A stretch of 49,615 bases of DNA from an uncultured Gammaproteobacteria bacterium (GTDB taxonomy: Bacteria; Pseudomonadota; Gammaproteobacteria; Xanthomonadales; SZUA-38). The stretch covers positions 1 through 49,615 of the forward strand of contig CAZVYE010000004.1 of the NCBI GenBank assembly GCA_964630895.1. The letters are read 5' to 3'. Both the position numbers and the translations under genes were made by a program. Shown piece by piece: positions 42,808-49,615 of the stretch. Under the pieces are notes generated by a model. The model made no database searches. It was not told the origin of the DNA and was given only the letters and a program-made list of their open reading frames with translations. Each line of letters opens with the position of its first letter. The stretch's first letter is position 1.

Positions 42808-43857
42808 CTAATTCCGGTGAAAGTAGACCTGCTCCCATAGGTCTACTTTTTCCATCACATCCGCTACCTGTATTAAGTCCATCACACCCTCCTGCTCAAT
42901 CTTCGTTCCCCATTTAAGGTCCTTAGCAGACCTATTTAGAAACTTCTCCGCGGCGTCGTTGTAGCGGTCTACCGCCAGATCCAGGAAGCGATAGGCACCA
43001 CTGCGTTGCGGGTTGCTCGCCGCGTGCAGTCCAATTACAGGCGTGTTCATCGCGCTGGCAATATGCAGTGGCCCAGTGTCAGGGCAAATTGCAAGATCGC
43101 ACTGGGATAATAAAGCGGTCATCTGTTTTAGCGTATCTTGCCCGGTAAGATCCAATGGCGACTTGCTGCACTGATCTAATATCGCGTTGGCAAATTTACG
43201 CTCGAAGTCGGAGGGGCCACCGATCAGTATCGTTTGATAGCCGCGATTGGTTAACTGGTCTATCACCGTCGCATACCCGGCTGGGTTCCAATTCCGCAAT
43301 TGATGACTTGAAACAGGGGAGATCACGACACTGGGACGATCTGCGTCCAGGTGGCTGGTAGCCCATTCAGCGTCATTTGATTGCAGGGGAATTTGCCATG
43401 TTTTCTCTTCTTCGCTGGCATTCAGGTGAGTCGCAAATCGAAAAAACGCGTCGACTTGGTGCTCGCCTTCGTTTGCATTTTCAAAACCGCTTATGCGCTC
43501 ATTGACGAACAAGCCGTGGCCATCCGCACTTCGATTTCGGTCAAATCCAATCCTCCGTCTTGCACGTATGCAGCGACTGGTGATATTCGCTCGAAGTGCC
43601 ACCTGCATATGCAACAAGACATCAAATTTGGTCTGATATAGCCTTTTTCGCAGGTCCTTCAGCGCCTGGAACCCCTGTTTCTTATCGAACTCTACAAACT
43701 CAACGCCCGGCAACCCGGCTAGTAGCTTGTGTTCCAATTTGCCAATTACCCAGGTTATGCGACCTTTGGGGTGCTGTTTTTGCAGTGCGTGGAGCATCGG
43801 CAGTACGTGGGTGACGTCACCCAGTGCAGATAATCTTAATATGGCAATTTCTTGCAT
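42808..43857 (-). CDS. Glycosyltransferase family 9 (LPS heptosyltransferase family)
   Basis: IAILRLSALGDVTHVLPMLHALQKQHP...ITWV and the C-terminal CPDTGPLHIASAMNTPVIGLH are GT9 hallmarks. I take the start at ATG 43857 (MQEIAIL). The track's 44160 start adds 101 non-homologous residues and overlaps kdkA. Confidence 0.8.
   Translation of the reverse strand: MQEIAILRLSALGDVTHVLPMLHALQKQHPKGRITWVIGKLEHKLLAGLPGVEFVEFDKKQGFQALKDLRKRLYQTKFDVLLHMQVALRANITSRCIRARRRIGFDRNRSADGHGLFVNERISGFENANEGEHQVDAFFRFATHLNASEEEKTWQIPLQSNDAEWATSHLDADRPSVVISPVSSHQLRNWNPAGYATVIDQLTNRGYQTILIGGPSDFERKFANAILDQCSKSPLDLTGQDTLKQMTALLSQCDLAICPDTGPLHIASAMNTPVIGLHAASNPQRSGAYRFLDLAVDRYNDAAEKFLNRSAKDLKWGTKIEQEGVMDLIQVADVMEKVDLWEQVYFHRN
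42822..42851 (+). terminator. Rho-independent terminator of the long plus-strand operon, embedded in the 3' codons of the convergent GT9 gene
   Basis: AGTAGACC-tgctcccata-GGTCTACT is followed by TTTT. It begins 21 nt after the stop at 42801. Confidence 0.5.
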
Positions 43858-43932
43858 AAATTTGGGTAGGGAGCGTAGAAAGCGAGCAGGGTATGCAATA
43901 TCCTTGAAGATTGCCACGAACAGACGCTTTTT

Positions 43933-44751
43933 GTGAACAAAGAAATACAAGAAGATGGCGGTTGGGAGACCATCTTGGACTCCGGCGGGAAAGCACTCGT
44001 CAGGTCTGATCTGGCAGCAGACTATTCGGATCGATGGTTTGATCCTGCATATTGGCGGGATCAACAGAAGATAGTCGGCGAGGCATTTGGTCGTGGAACC
44101 GCCTATTTTGTGCAGTCCGACAGCAGACATGCACGCACCGAAAATTGGGTGCTGCGTCATTATCGCCGCGGCGGACTGGTCGGCAAGCTAATCCGTGATT
44201 CTTATCTATTTACCGGGGAAAAAGCGGTCAGGTCTCTGTCAGAGTTCCAGTTGCTCAGCCAGGTGGCCGCCGATGGATTGCCGGTGCCTGCGCCCGTAGC
44301 AGCCCGATATACGCGTCGTGGTCTATGGTACACCGCTGACATTTTGACTCAGTTTCTTGTTCATGACATCACGTTGGCGGGACTGATTAAACGGCCATTA
44401 CCTGACTGGGACGAAGAAGCGATGTTGTGGAAACATGTGGGCAGCGCCATTCGTTCGTTGCACGATGCTCATATATTTCACGCAGATTTAAACGCCCATA
44501 ATCTTCTAATCCGACTGCAGCCATCGCACAGTCAGCCGGTCGCCATTATTGATTTTGATCGCGGACGTCAGATGCCATCTGACGGTGATCAGGCCTGGCG
44601 CGACAATAATCTGCGCCGACTACAGCGGTCCGTGCTCAAATTATCTACGGCTTCTGACCAGGGCAGACTCGCCAAAGCATGGGAATTCCTGGGCGCGGGC
44701 TATGGAGCGCCAGTGCCGCAGTTTCCCACATCGTTAAGCGACCAGTCGTAG
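43933..44751 (+). CDS. kdkA: 3-deoxy-D-manno-octulosonic acid (Kdo) kinase
   Basis: WVLRHYRRGGLVGKLIRDSYLF and IFHADLNAHNLL are present in a protein-kinase-like fold. It is divergent from the GT9 gene. The GTG start is uncertain. Confidence 0.8.
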   Translation: MNKEIQEDGGWETILDSGGKALVRSDLAADYSDRWFDPAYWRDQQKIVGEAFGRGTAYFVQSDSRHARTENWVLRHYRRGGLVGKLIRDSYLFTGEKAVRSLSEFQLLSQVAADGLPVPAPVAARYTRRGLWYTADILTQFLVHDITLAGLIKRPLPDWDEEAMLWKHVGSAIRSLHDAHIFHADLNAHNLLIRLQPSHSQPVAIIDFDRGRQMPSDGDQAWRDNNLRRLQRSVLKLSTASDQGRLAKAWEFLGAGYGAPVPQFPTSLSDQS

Positions 44752-45515
44752 TCAGTGAAAGAGAGGTCAAGCGTATCGAAATCGTCTGCCGTAGCCATGT
44801 CCAAATTTTCGATAATGCTGTCCGCATAAGGCTCCAAGAACTGAACGATACTGCTCTGGGACTGTTCAAAATCCTCGGAAAACCAGTCAAAAATTTTCGA
44901 AACAAACAGCTTGTCACCAGTGACATAGTTGCGATTTTTGTCGCTTAGGAACCGCTCGGTTTGATCCTCTAGCTGGGCATCTAGCTGATTAGCCACGAAC
45001 GGATCTTCCCGCAATCCCGGACAGCCACAGGAAGCGCAGTTTAATGCGAAATGAATGCGGGGCTCAGCAAATACCCCGTCTCGAATCAATTCATGTTCGA
45101 TGTGATCCAGGCTGACTTTGTCGCCAAGTAAGGGAATAAAGTCGTCTTTCCATACCGGGCTGAACCAACTGCCCAAGTCTTTGATACTTTTAATATCTGG
45201 ATAGCCTTCAAGCACCTTCTGTAAGGTGAATGCGTTATAGGCATTGAGCAAAAATGCCAGCTGCTCAGCTTCGCTCCAAGAGTTGTACGCAGCTAATGTC
45301 ACTGCAGACAGCTCGTCCAATACTTGTTCTAACTGCTTAGGATTAGCCTGTAGCTTTCGATAGTCCACCGCGCTGGCAGTCGGTGGGTCGTTCCAGATCA
45401 CGACCGCATCATATACCTGGCCGAGCTTGGAATACTTTGGATCAAATTCTGCTGCACTAAGCGTGCTGGCCCAAACCCAGACTAGCGTCGCCAGGAGTGA
45501 AATTTTTCTAGCCAT
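44700..45515 (-). CDS. DUF547 domain protein, secreted/periplasmic
   Basis: It has signal peptide MARKISLLATLVWVWASTLSA. AFLLNAYNAFTLQKVLEGYP...SIKDL...VSLDHIEHELIR...EPRIHFALNCASCGCPGLR is the DUF547 signature. I prefer ATG 45515 over TTG 45551. Confidence 0.75.
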   Translation of the reverse strand: MARKISLLATLVWVWASTLSAAEFDPKYSKLGQVYDAVVIWNDPPTASAVDYRKLQANPKQLEQVLDELSAVTLAAYNSWSEAEQLAFLLNAYNAFTLQKVLEGYPDIKSIKDLGSWFSPVWKDDFIPLLGDKVSLDHIEHELIRDGVFAEPRIHFALNCASCGCPGLREDPFVANQLDAQLEDQTERFLSDKNRNYVTGDKLFVSKIFDWFSEDFEQSQSSIVQFLEPYADSIIENLDMATADDFDTLDLSFTDYDWSLNDVGNCGTGAP

Positions 45516-47620
45516 TGCAGTACCTTTTCTGGTTTGTTTGCCTTGCGCCAATTGCCTGCGACCATCTTATTGGCTTCGCTAAGCGTCGGATACACGTGGA
45601 TGGTTTCTAGAATGCTCTTGAGGCCCTTGCCACGCTTTTTGGCGCTGATAAACTCTGTGATCAGTTCGCCAGCCGCAGGACCGACAATTGTGGCACCGAG
45701 AATGCTGTCTTTGCCTGGTGGTGTTAAAACTTTCACAAATCCTTCCGTAGCCCCTTCCGCAAGCGCACGATCCGATTGCGCAAAATCATATTTGGTCACT
45801 TCATATTCGGTGCCGGCCTCTTTGGCCTCGGCCTCGTTCAAACCTACACGAGCCACCTCAGGATCGGTAAACGTAGTCCAGGGCAGTACCGAATAGTCAG
45901 CGCGAAAACGTTTTAGCGGCTCGAACAAGCTGTTTACGGCGCAATACCAGGCTTCGTGAGATGCGCTATGGGTAAACTGGTATGGAGCGATCAAATCACC
46001 GCAGGCATAGATGTTTGGCATAGACGTAGCCAGAAATTCATCTACCCAGACGGTGCCATTGTCATTGAGCTTTACGCCGATTTCTTCCAGCCCAAAACCA
46101 CGAGAATTTGCTGTTCGACCAGCGGCAACCAGAATCACATCTGCTCCTATTTCCTTCTGTTCCCCGTTGATGCTGTAGCAGACGATATGCTGCGCATCCT
46201 CGGAGCGCACTGCATCCACGCTTGCATTGGTCAAAACTGCCACACCGTCAGCCTTAAGGGCTTCAGTCACTACGGCAGCTGCATCTGGATCTTCGACTTT
46301 CATGATCCGGTCGCCACGTTCTACCAGGCTCACATCGCTACCCAGGCGAGAAAAAGCCTGAGCCATTTCGCAGCCAATGGGTCCGCCGCCTATGATCACC
46401 AGGCGCTGGGGCAGTTCTTGCAGCTTCCAGATGGTGTCAGATGTGTAAGGGTTCGACTCTTTCAGACCCGGGATTGGGGGTATTGCAGGACGCCCCCCGG
46501 TGGCGAGAACAATGTTGCGTGCGGAAATGGTTTTGTCCTCCACGCGCACTTCCCACGGCGAAATCAAAGTCGCTTCCCCAGCGATGCAATTTACTCCCAG
46601 GGATTCATAGCGCTCTGGCGAGTCATGGGGTTCAATGGTTTCGATAATCTTCTGCACGCGCTGTATTACGGCTTTGAAGTCCACCTTTGGCTCGGATGGT
46701 GCAATCCCATACTTATCGGCATTACGCATATCTGCGGCCAATTTGGCCGAGCGCAGCAAGCTTTTGGATGGAACGCAGCCTGTATACAAACAGTCGCCCC
46801 CCATATTCTCGCGTTCGATCAACGCCACTTTGGCATTTAATGTGGCGCTTATGAGAGACGTCACCAGTCCCGCCGAACCGCCACCTATCACGATTACGTT
46901 GTAGTCGAACTGTTTCGGTTTGGTGAATCCCTTGAAGGCTGCTCGTTTTTGCACTCCGCGCACTATGGCCCTGGCGATAAAGGGGAAAATCCCCAGCAGA
47001 ACAAATGAACCAATCAAGGTTGGACTTAGAATATCGGAGGTAGATTCGATCTGCGCAAGCTGCGTGCCGGCATTTACGTACACAATGGTTCCGGCCAACA
47101 TGCCCACCTGGCTGACCCATGCAAACGTCCAGGCTCGCATCTTGGTGAGCCCCATAACCAGATTAATCACAAAAAACGGAAATGCAGGAAGTAAGCGCAT
47201 GGTAAAAAGATAAAAAGCGCCGTCTTTCTCAACACCTCGATTGATCTTTTCTAGCTGCTTTCCGAATTTAGCCTGAATGGTGTCTCGCAGAACAAAGCGT
47301 GAGGCCAGAAAAGCCAGTGTCGCTCCAATCGTGGATGCAAAGGAAACCAACACCGTTCCAACAAGCAGTCCAAACAGTGCGCCGGCCAGCAGCGTTAGCA
47401 GTGCAGCGCCTGGAATCGATAGCGCGGTACTAACAACGTAAATTGCAAAGAAAATTCCCAAGCAAATAAGTGGGTTTTCCGCATAAAAGGTTGCAAATTT
47501 GCTCTGTGCTTGCTGTAAATACGCCAGCGAGAAATACTCGCCTAAATCGAAAATAAAGTAGGCGGCAAATGCGAAGACCGCTAAGATCAAGATGAAAATT
47601 TTTAGCCAGTTCTTATTCAT
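45482..47620 (-). CDS. Fusion of a TVP38/DedA (SNARE-associated) membrane domain with an FAD-dependent pyridine nucleotide-disulfide oxidoreductase
   Basis: The N-terminal ~225 aa are polytopic (FPFFVINLVMGLTKMR). They are followed by VIVIGGGSAGLV (FAD), the redox-active GGDCLYTGCVPSK, LVIIGGGPIGCEMAQ (NAD(P)H) and a dimerisation domain. Confidence 0.85.
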   Translation of the reverse strand: MNKNWLKIFILILAVFAFAAYFIFDLGEYFSLAYLQQAQSKFATFYAENPLICLGIFFAIYVVSTALSIPGAALLTLLAGALFGLLVGTVLVSFASTIGATLAFLASRFVLRDTIQAKFGKQLEKINRGVEKDGAFYLFTMRLLPAFPFFVINLVMGLTKMRAWTFAWVSQVGMLAGTIVYVNAGTQLAQIESTSDILSPTLIGSFVLLGIFPFIARAIVRGVQKRAAFKGFTKPKQFDYNVIVIGGGSAGLVTSLISATLNAKVALIERENMGGDCLYTGCVPSKSLLRSAKLAADMRNADKYGIAPSEPKVDFKAVIQRVQKIIETIEPHDSPERYESLGVNCIAGEATLISPWEVRVEDKTISARNIVLATGGRPAIPPIPGLKESNPYTSDTIWKLQELPQRLVIIGGGPIGCEMAQAFSRLGSDVSLVERGDRIMKVEDPDAAAVVTEALKADGVAVLTNASVDAVRSEDAQHIVCYSINGEQKEIGADVILVAAGRTANSRGFGLEEIGVKLNDNGTVWVDEFLATSMPNIYACGDLIAPYQFTHSASHEAWYCAVNSLFEPLKRFRADYSVLPWTTFTDPEVARVGLNEAEAKEAGTEYEVTKYDFAQSDRALAEGATEGFVKVLTPPGKDSILGATIVGPAAGELITEFISAKKRGKGLKSILETIHVYPTLSEANKMVAGNWRKANKPEKVLQWLEKFHSWRR

Positions 47621-47705
47621 GCAATGCTAACCTGTCATAAATTGTGGTCCGAGCGTTCCGGGCAATCACAAGTCGAATTCACTGTGTTACCCAGCCATTG
47701 ACCCG

Positions 47706-48401
47706 ATGACTGCAAACAAACTTTCGATAATTATCCCCACTCTGAATGAAGCGACCACGCTCCCGCTGATCTTAGGCGATCTCATCGGGGCTGGTTTGAC
47801 GCCAGAGCAAATTATCGTGTGTGATGGCGGTAGCGAAGATAACACTTTAGCAATCGCTCGTGGTTTTAACGTTCACATCATGACTGTTCCATCGGGCCGA
47901 GCTCGTCAGCTTCAGGAGGCTGCTAACAACAATAGCGCCGAGGTTCTCTGGTTTGTGCATTCCGACACCCGCATTTGTGGGGATGCGGTAGCGGAAGTCT
48001 TTAAGTTTGTGGATGGTGCCTATCCCAACCAGTGGGGACGATTTGACATCTCCCTTTCCGGTCCACAAAAGTGGTGTCGCTTGATTGAGACCTTCATTAA
48101 TTGGCGGTCCCGCCTGACCGGAATTGCAACCGGAGATCAAGGAATATTCTTGCGCGCTGCAGCGTTGGAAAAGATAGGTGGCATCCCGCAACAACCCCTG
48201 ATGGAAGATGTGGAACTGACGTATCGCTTAAAACGATTATCGAAGCCCTACTGCTCCAAGGTGCGCGTTGTGACCTCAAGTCGCCGATGGGAACGGGGTG
48301 GGGTAATCAAGACCATTTTGCTGATGTGGGGATTTCGATTCCTCTATTTTGTTGGTGTAAACCCGAAGACCTTGCGTAACTGGTATGCCAATGTCCGATA
48401 A
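47706..48401 (+). CDS. Family-2 glycosyltransferase of the TIGR04283-like type
   Basis: LSIIIPTLNEATTLPLILGDL...IIVCDGGSEDNT...WFVHSDT...GDQGIFLR...MEDVEL is present. It is adjacent to a DUF2064 gene, the usual partner. Confidence 0.7.
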   Translation: MTANKLSIIIPTLNEATTLPLILGDLIGAGLTPEQIIVCDGGSEDNTLAIARGFNVHIMTVPSGRARQLQEAANNNSAEVLWFVHSDTRICGDAVAEVFKFVDGAYPNQWGRFDISLSGPQKWCRLIETFINWRSRLTGIATGDQGIFLRAAALEKIGGIPQQPLMEDVELTYRLKRLSKPYCSKVRVVTSSRRWERGGVIKTILLMWGFRFLYFVGVNPKTLRNWYANVR

Positions 48402-48415
48402 ACGGGGAAATTGCG

Positions 48416-49105
48416 ATGAGCAATAGTTTCGACTGCACCGACGTTTGCGTCCTCGTAATGGCACGTGCGCCGTTACGAGGACAGGTTAAGAGTCGGCTCG
48501 CAGCGGGGATAGGCGAGCACAGCGCACTTCGCGTACACAAGTTGCTGCTGGAACACACGTTGGAAACTGTCCGCGCGTTTACCGAAGACTACGAGTTGCA
48601 TATTGCGGGTCCGGTCAACCGAGCACTTATGGGCTCTTTCGCTACACAGATCAGAAGCCAACGAATCGGTAACCTGGGTGATCGCATGGCGGCGGCGTTT
48701 CTAAGCGCCTTACGAGATCGTGTTTCACTAAAAGGCATGCAGGGTAAACAAAGTGATCCACCCTCGATCAGCAACGGGAAAGTGGGCGCTTTGATGGTAG
48801 GTAGTGATTGTGCTGCGCTTAGTCTGGATGAACTAGGGCAGGCTGCAACGGCGATTCGAGAAGGGGCAGACGTGGTGTTGGGTCCAAGCCATGACGGTGG
48901 ATACTATCTCATTGGCCTCAAACGACCCGACAGGAGGATATTTGATGGCATAGATTGGGGTACGAGCTCCGTGCTGCGAAAGACGGTCGCCAACGCGAAA
49001 AAATTAGGGTGTCGAACTCATCTCCTGCCGTTGCTATCCGATGTAGATTATCGCAAAGACTTGAGTGAGCTTGGCGATACTTGGAATACCTGGTGGCAGG
49101 TTTAA
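48416..49105 (+). CDS. DUF2064 / TIGR04282-like glycosyltransferase-fold protein
   Basis: VLVMARAPLRGQVKSRLA..., GDRMAAAF, GSDCAAL and VVLGPSHDGGYYLIGLKRP...FDGIDWGTSSVL are DUF2064 hallmarks. Confidence 0.7.
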   Translation: MSNSFDCTDVCVLVMARAPLRGQVKSRLAAGIGEHSALRVHKLLLEHTLETVRAFTEDYELHIAGPVNRALMGSFATQIRSQRIGNLGDRMAAAFLSALRDRVSLKGMQGKQSDPPSISNGKVGALMVGSDCAALSLDELGQAATAIREGADVVLGPSHDGGYYLIGLKRPDRRIFDGIDWGTSSVLRKTVANAKKLGCRTHLLPLLSDVDYRKDLSELGDTWNTWWQV

Positions 49106-49130
49106 GGACACAGAAGAGACAAAAGAAGAT

Positions 49131-49245
49131 GGTGGCGGCCCCCGCCAGCCGAATCCCGGCGCCCGAATCCGCCGCTGCCGCTGCTCCCTTCCGGGCCTGA
49201 CGGGGTTCACGGCATATCGTCGCGAGAAAACCGACGAGGACCACC
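49131..49245 (-). ncRNA. ffs: Signal recognition particle RNA (4.5S RNA)
   Basis: The minus strand reads GGUGGUCCUCGUCGG...GUGAACCCCGUCAGGCCCGGAAGGGAGCAGCGGCAGCGG...GGCUGGCGGGGGCCGCCACC. The domain IV motif GUCAGGCCCGGAAGGGAGCAGC closely matches E. coli GUCAGGUCCGGAAGGAAGCAGC. The two ends are complementary, the length is about 115 nt, and a T-rich tract follows the 3' end. Confidence 0.8.
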
Positions 49246-49615
49246 ATTGACTTTTTCGTACCGAATCTTTTGTTCGGTAACATCGACCAGCAAGCCGTCG
49301 GTTAAGCATTGCCTGTGTCGAGAGCGCGGCATTCTAAGCGATATGTGTCTTGGTAACAACAGGCGCGGGGAGGTAAAAGTGGGTTTGATGCGCATTGAAG
49401 TTTGGGCGCAGGTTTTTGTTGGGGGATCGAAGGGTTGTGCTTTATTCGGCGGCGAGAGAGGGATAACTCCACTCGCCTTTGGACCAATGCCGTCCCTCAA
49501 GGGGGCCGCTCGCGCTAAAGCGCTGCGCCTTCTTTCGTTTGCCCGGTTCGGGTGCTATCTGACTCTACGCACTCCCGCTGGCCTGAACCGATCACTGCTA
49601 TCTAGATAAGCACCC

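Noticed and set aside
43858-44160. A 101-codon N-terminal extension of the GT9 ORF (track start at 44160)
   Set aside because: The extension has no similarity to heptosyltransferases and overlaps the divergent kdkA gene. It also precedes the canonical family N-terminus (MQEIAILRLSALGDV), which has its own ATG at 43857.
45956-46840. A 294-aa plus-strand ORF lying inside the oxidoreductase gene
   Set aside because: It is antisense to a well-supported flavoprotein CDS. Its Cys/His/Phe/Trp-rich, low-complexity composition is typical of shadow ORFs opposite GC-biased coding frames, and I recognise no motif in it.
47826-47837. A second ops-like sequence, GGCGGTAGCGAA
   Set aside because: It lacks the terminal TG of the ops consensus. 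It lies inside the GT2 coding sequence, where it encodes DGGSE, about 120 nt into the gene. It is most likely coincidental.
49440-49615. Attempts to identify the structured right-edge region as RNase P RNA, tmRNA, 6S RNA, a cobalamin, TPP or c-di-GMP riboswitch, or a CsrB/Rsm-type sRNA
   Set aside because: None of the hallmark motifs I remember is present (GGAAAGUCCGGGC, the tmRNA tRNA-like ends, the B12 box, CUGAGA, GACGCAAAGC, repeated CAGGAUG). It is kept only as an unexplained structured region.
1-49615. A search by eye for CRISPR arrays, IS elements or transposases, integrases, tRNA or rRNA genes and long direct repeats
   Set aside because: None was recognised. The only repeats seen are short: an 11-nt direct repeat at 1615-1641 and local inverted repeats. 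The EPS and lasso regions show no obvious mobile-element boundaries within this window, although a computational repeat and tRNA scan was not possible.

Overview
Chromosomal window of gammaproteobacterial type, about 50% GC by eye. All family calls come from reading motifs in the supplied translations; no database search was run. Left to right: (1) housekeeping genes: htpG (5'-truncated by the window edge), hslR, a fused ATP sulfurylase/APS kinase, and a periplasmic FKBP isomerase. (2) A compact 4.6-kb minus-strand lasso-peptide (RiPP) operon at 4385-8975. It encodes a nucleotidyltransferase, an AsnB-like cyclase, a 58-aa precursor that is below the ORF-track cutoff (5956-6132), an HPr-kinase-like protein, a B2 protease and a PqqD/B1 protein. 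This is the most interesting system in the window. (3) A secreted Cys-rich protein with two lamin-tail-like domains. (4) An RfaH paralog followed by an exact ops element (GGCGGTAGCGTG, 11586-11597). The ops heads a roughly 31-kb run of tightly packed or overlapping plus-strand genes (about 11.6-42.8 kb). The run encodes an EPS/capsule pathway: a MarR-type EPS regulator, a TviB-like dehydrogenase, AsnB amidotransferases, an MsbA-like ABC exporter, 11 glycosyltransferases, an FkbM methyltransferase, a WcaF-like acetyltransferase, Fcl, a WecA-family initiating transferase, Wzy-like and O-antigen-ligase-like membrane proteins, an outer-membrane barrel, Wza and Wzc, plus three unknown genes. (5) LPS core genes: a GT9 heptosyltransferase and KdkA. 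(6) A four-gene group of unknown function: DUF547, a TVP38/DedA-FAD disulfide reductase fusion, a TIGR04283-like GT2 and a TIGR04282/DUF2064-like protein. (7) SRP (4.5S) RNA and an unexplained GC-rich non-coding stretch at the right edge. I recognised no CRISPR array, IS element, integrase, tRNA or rRNA.
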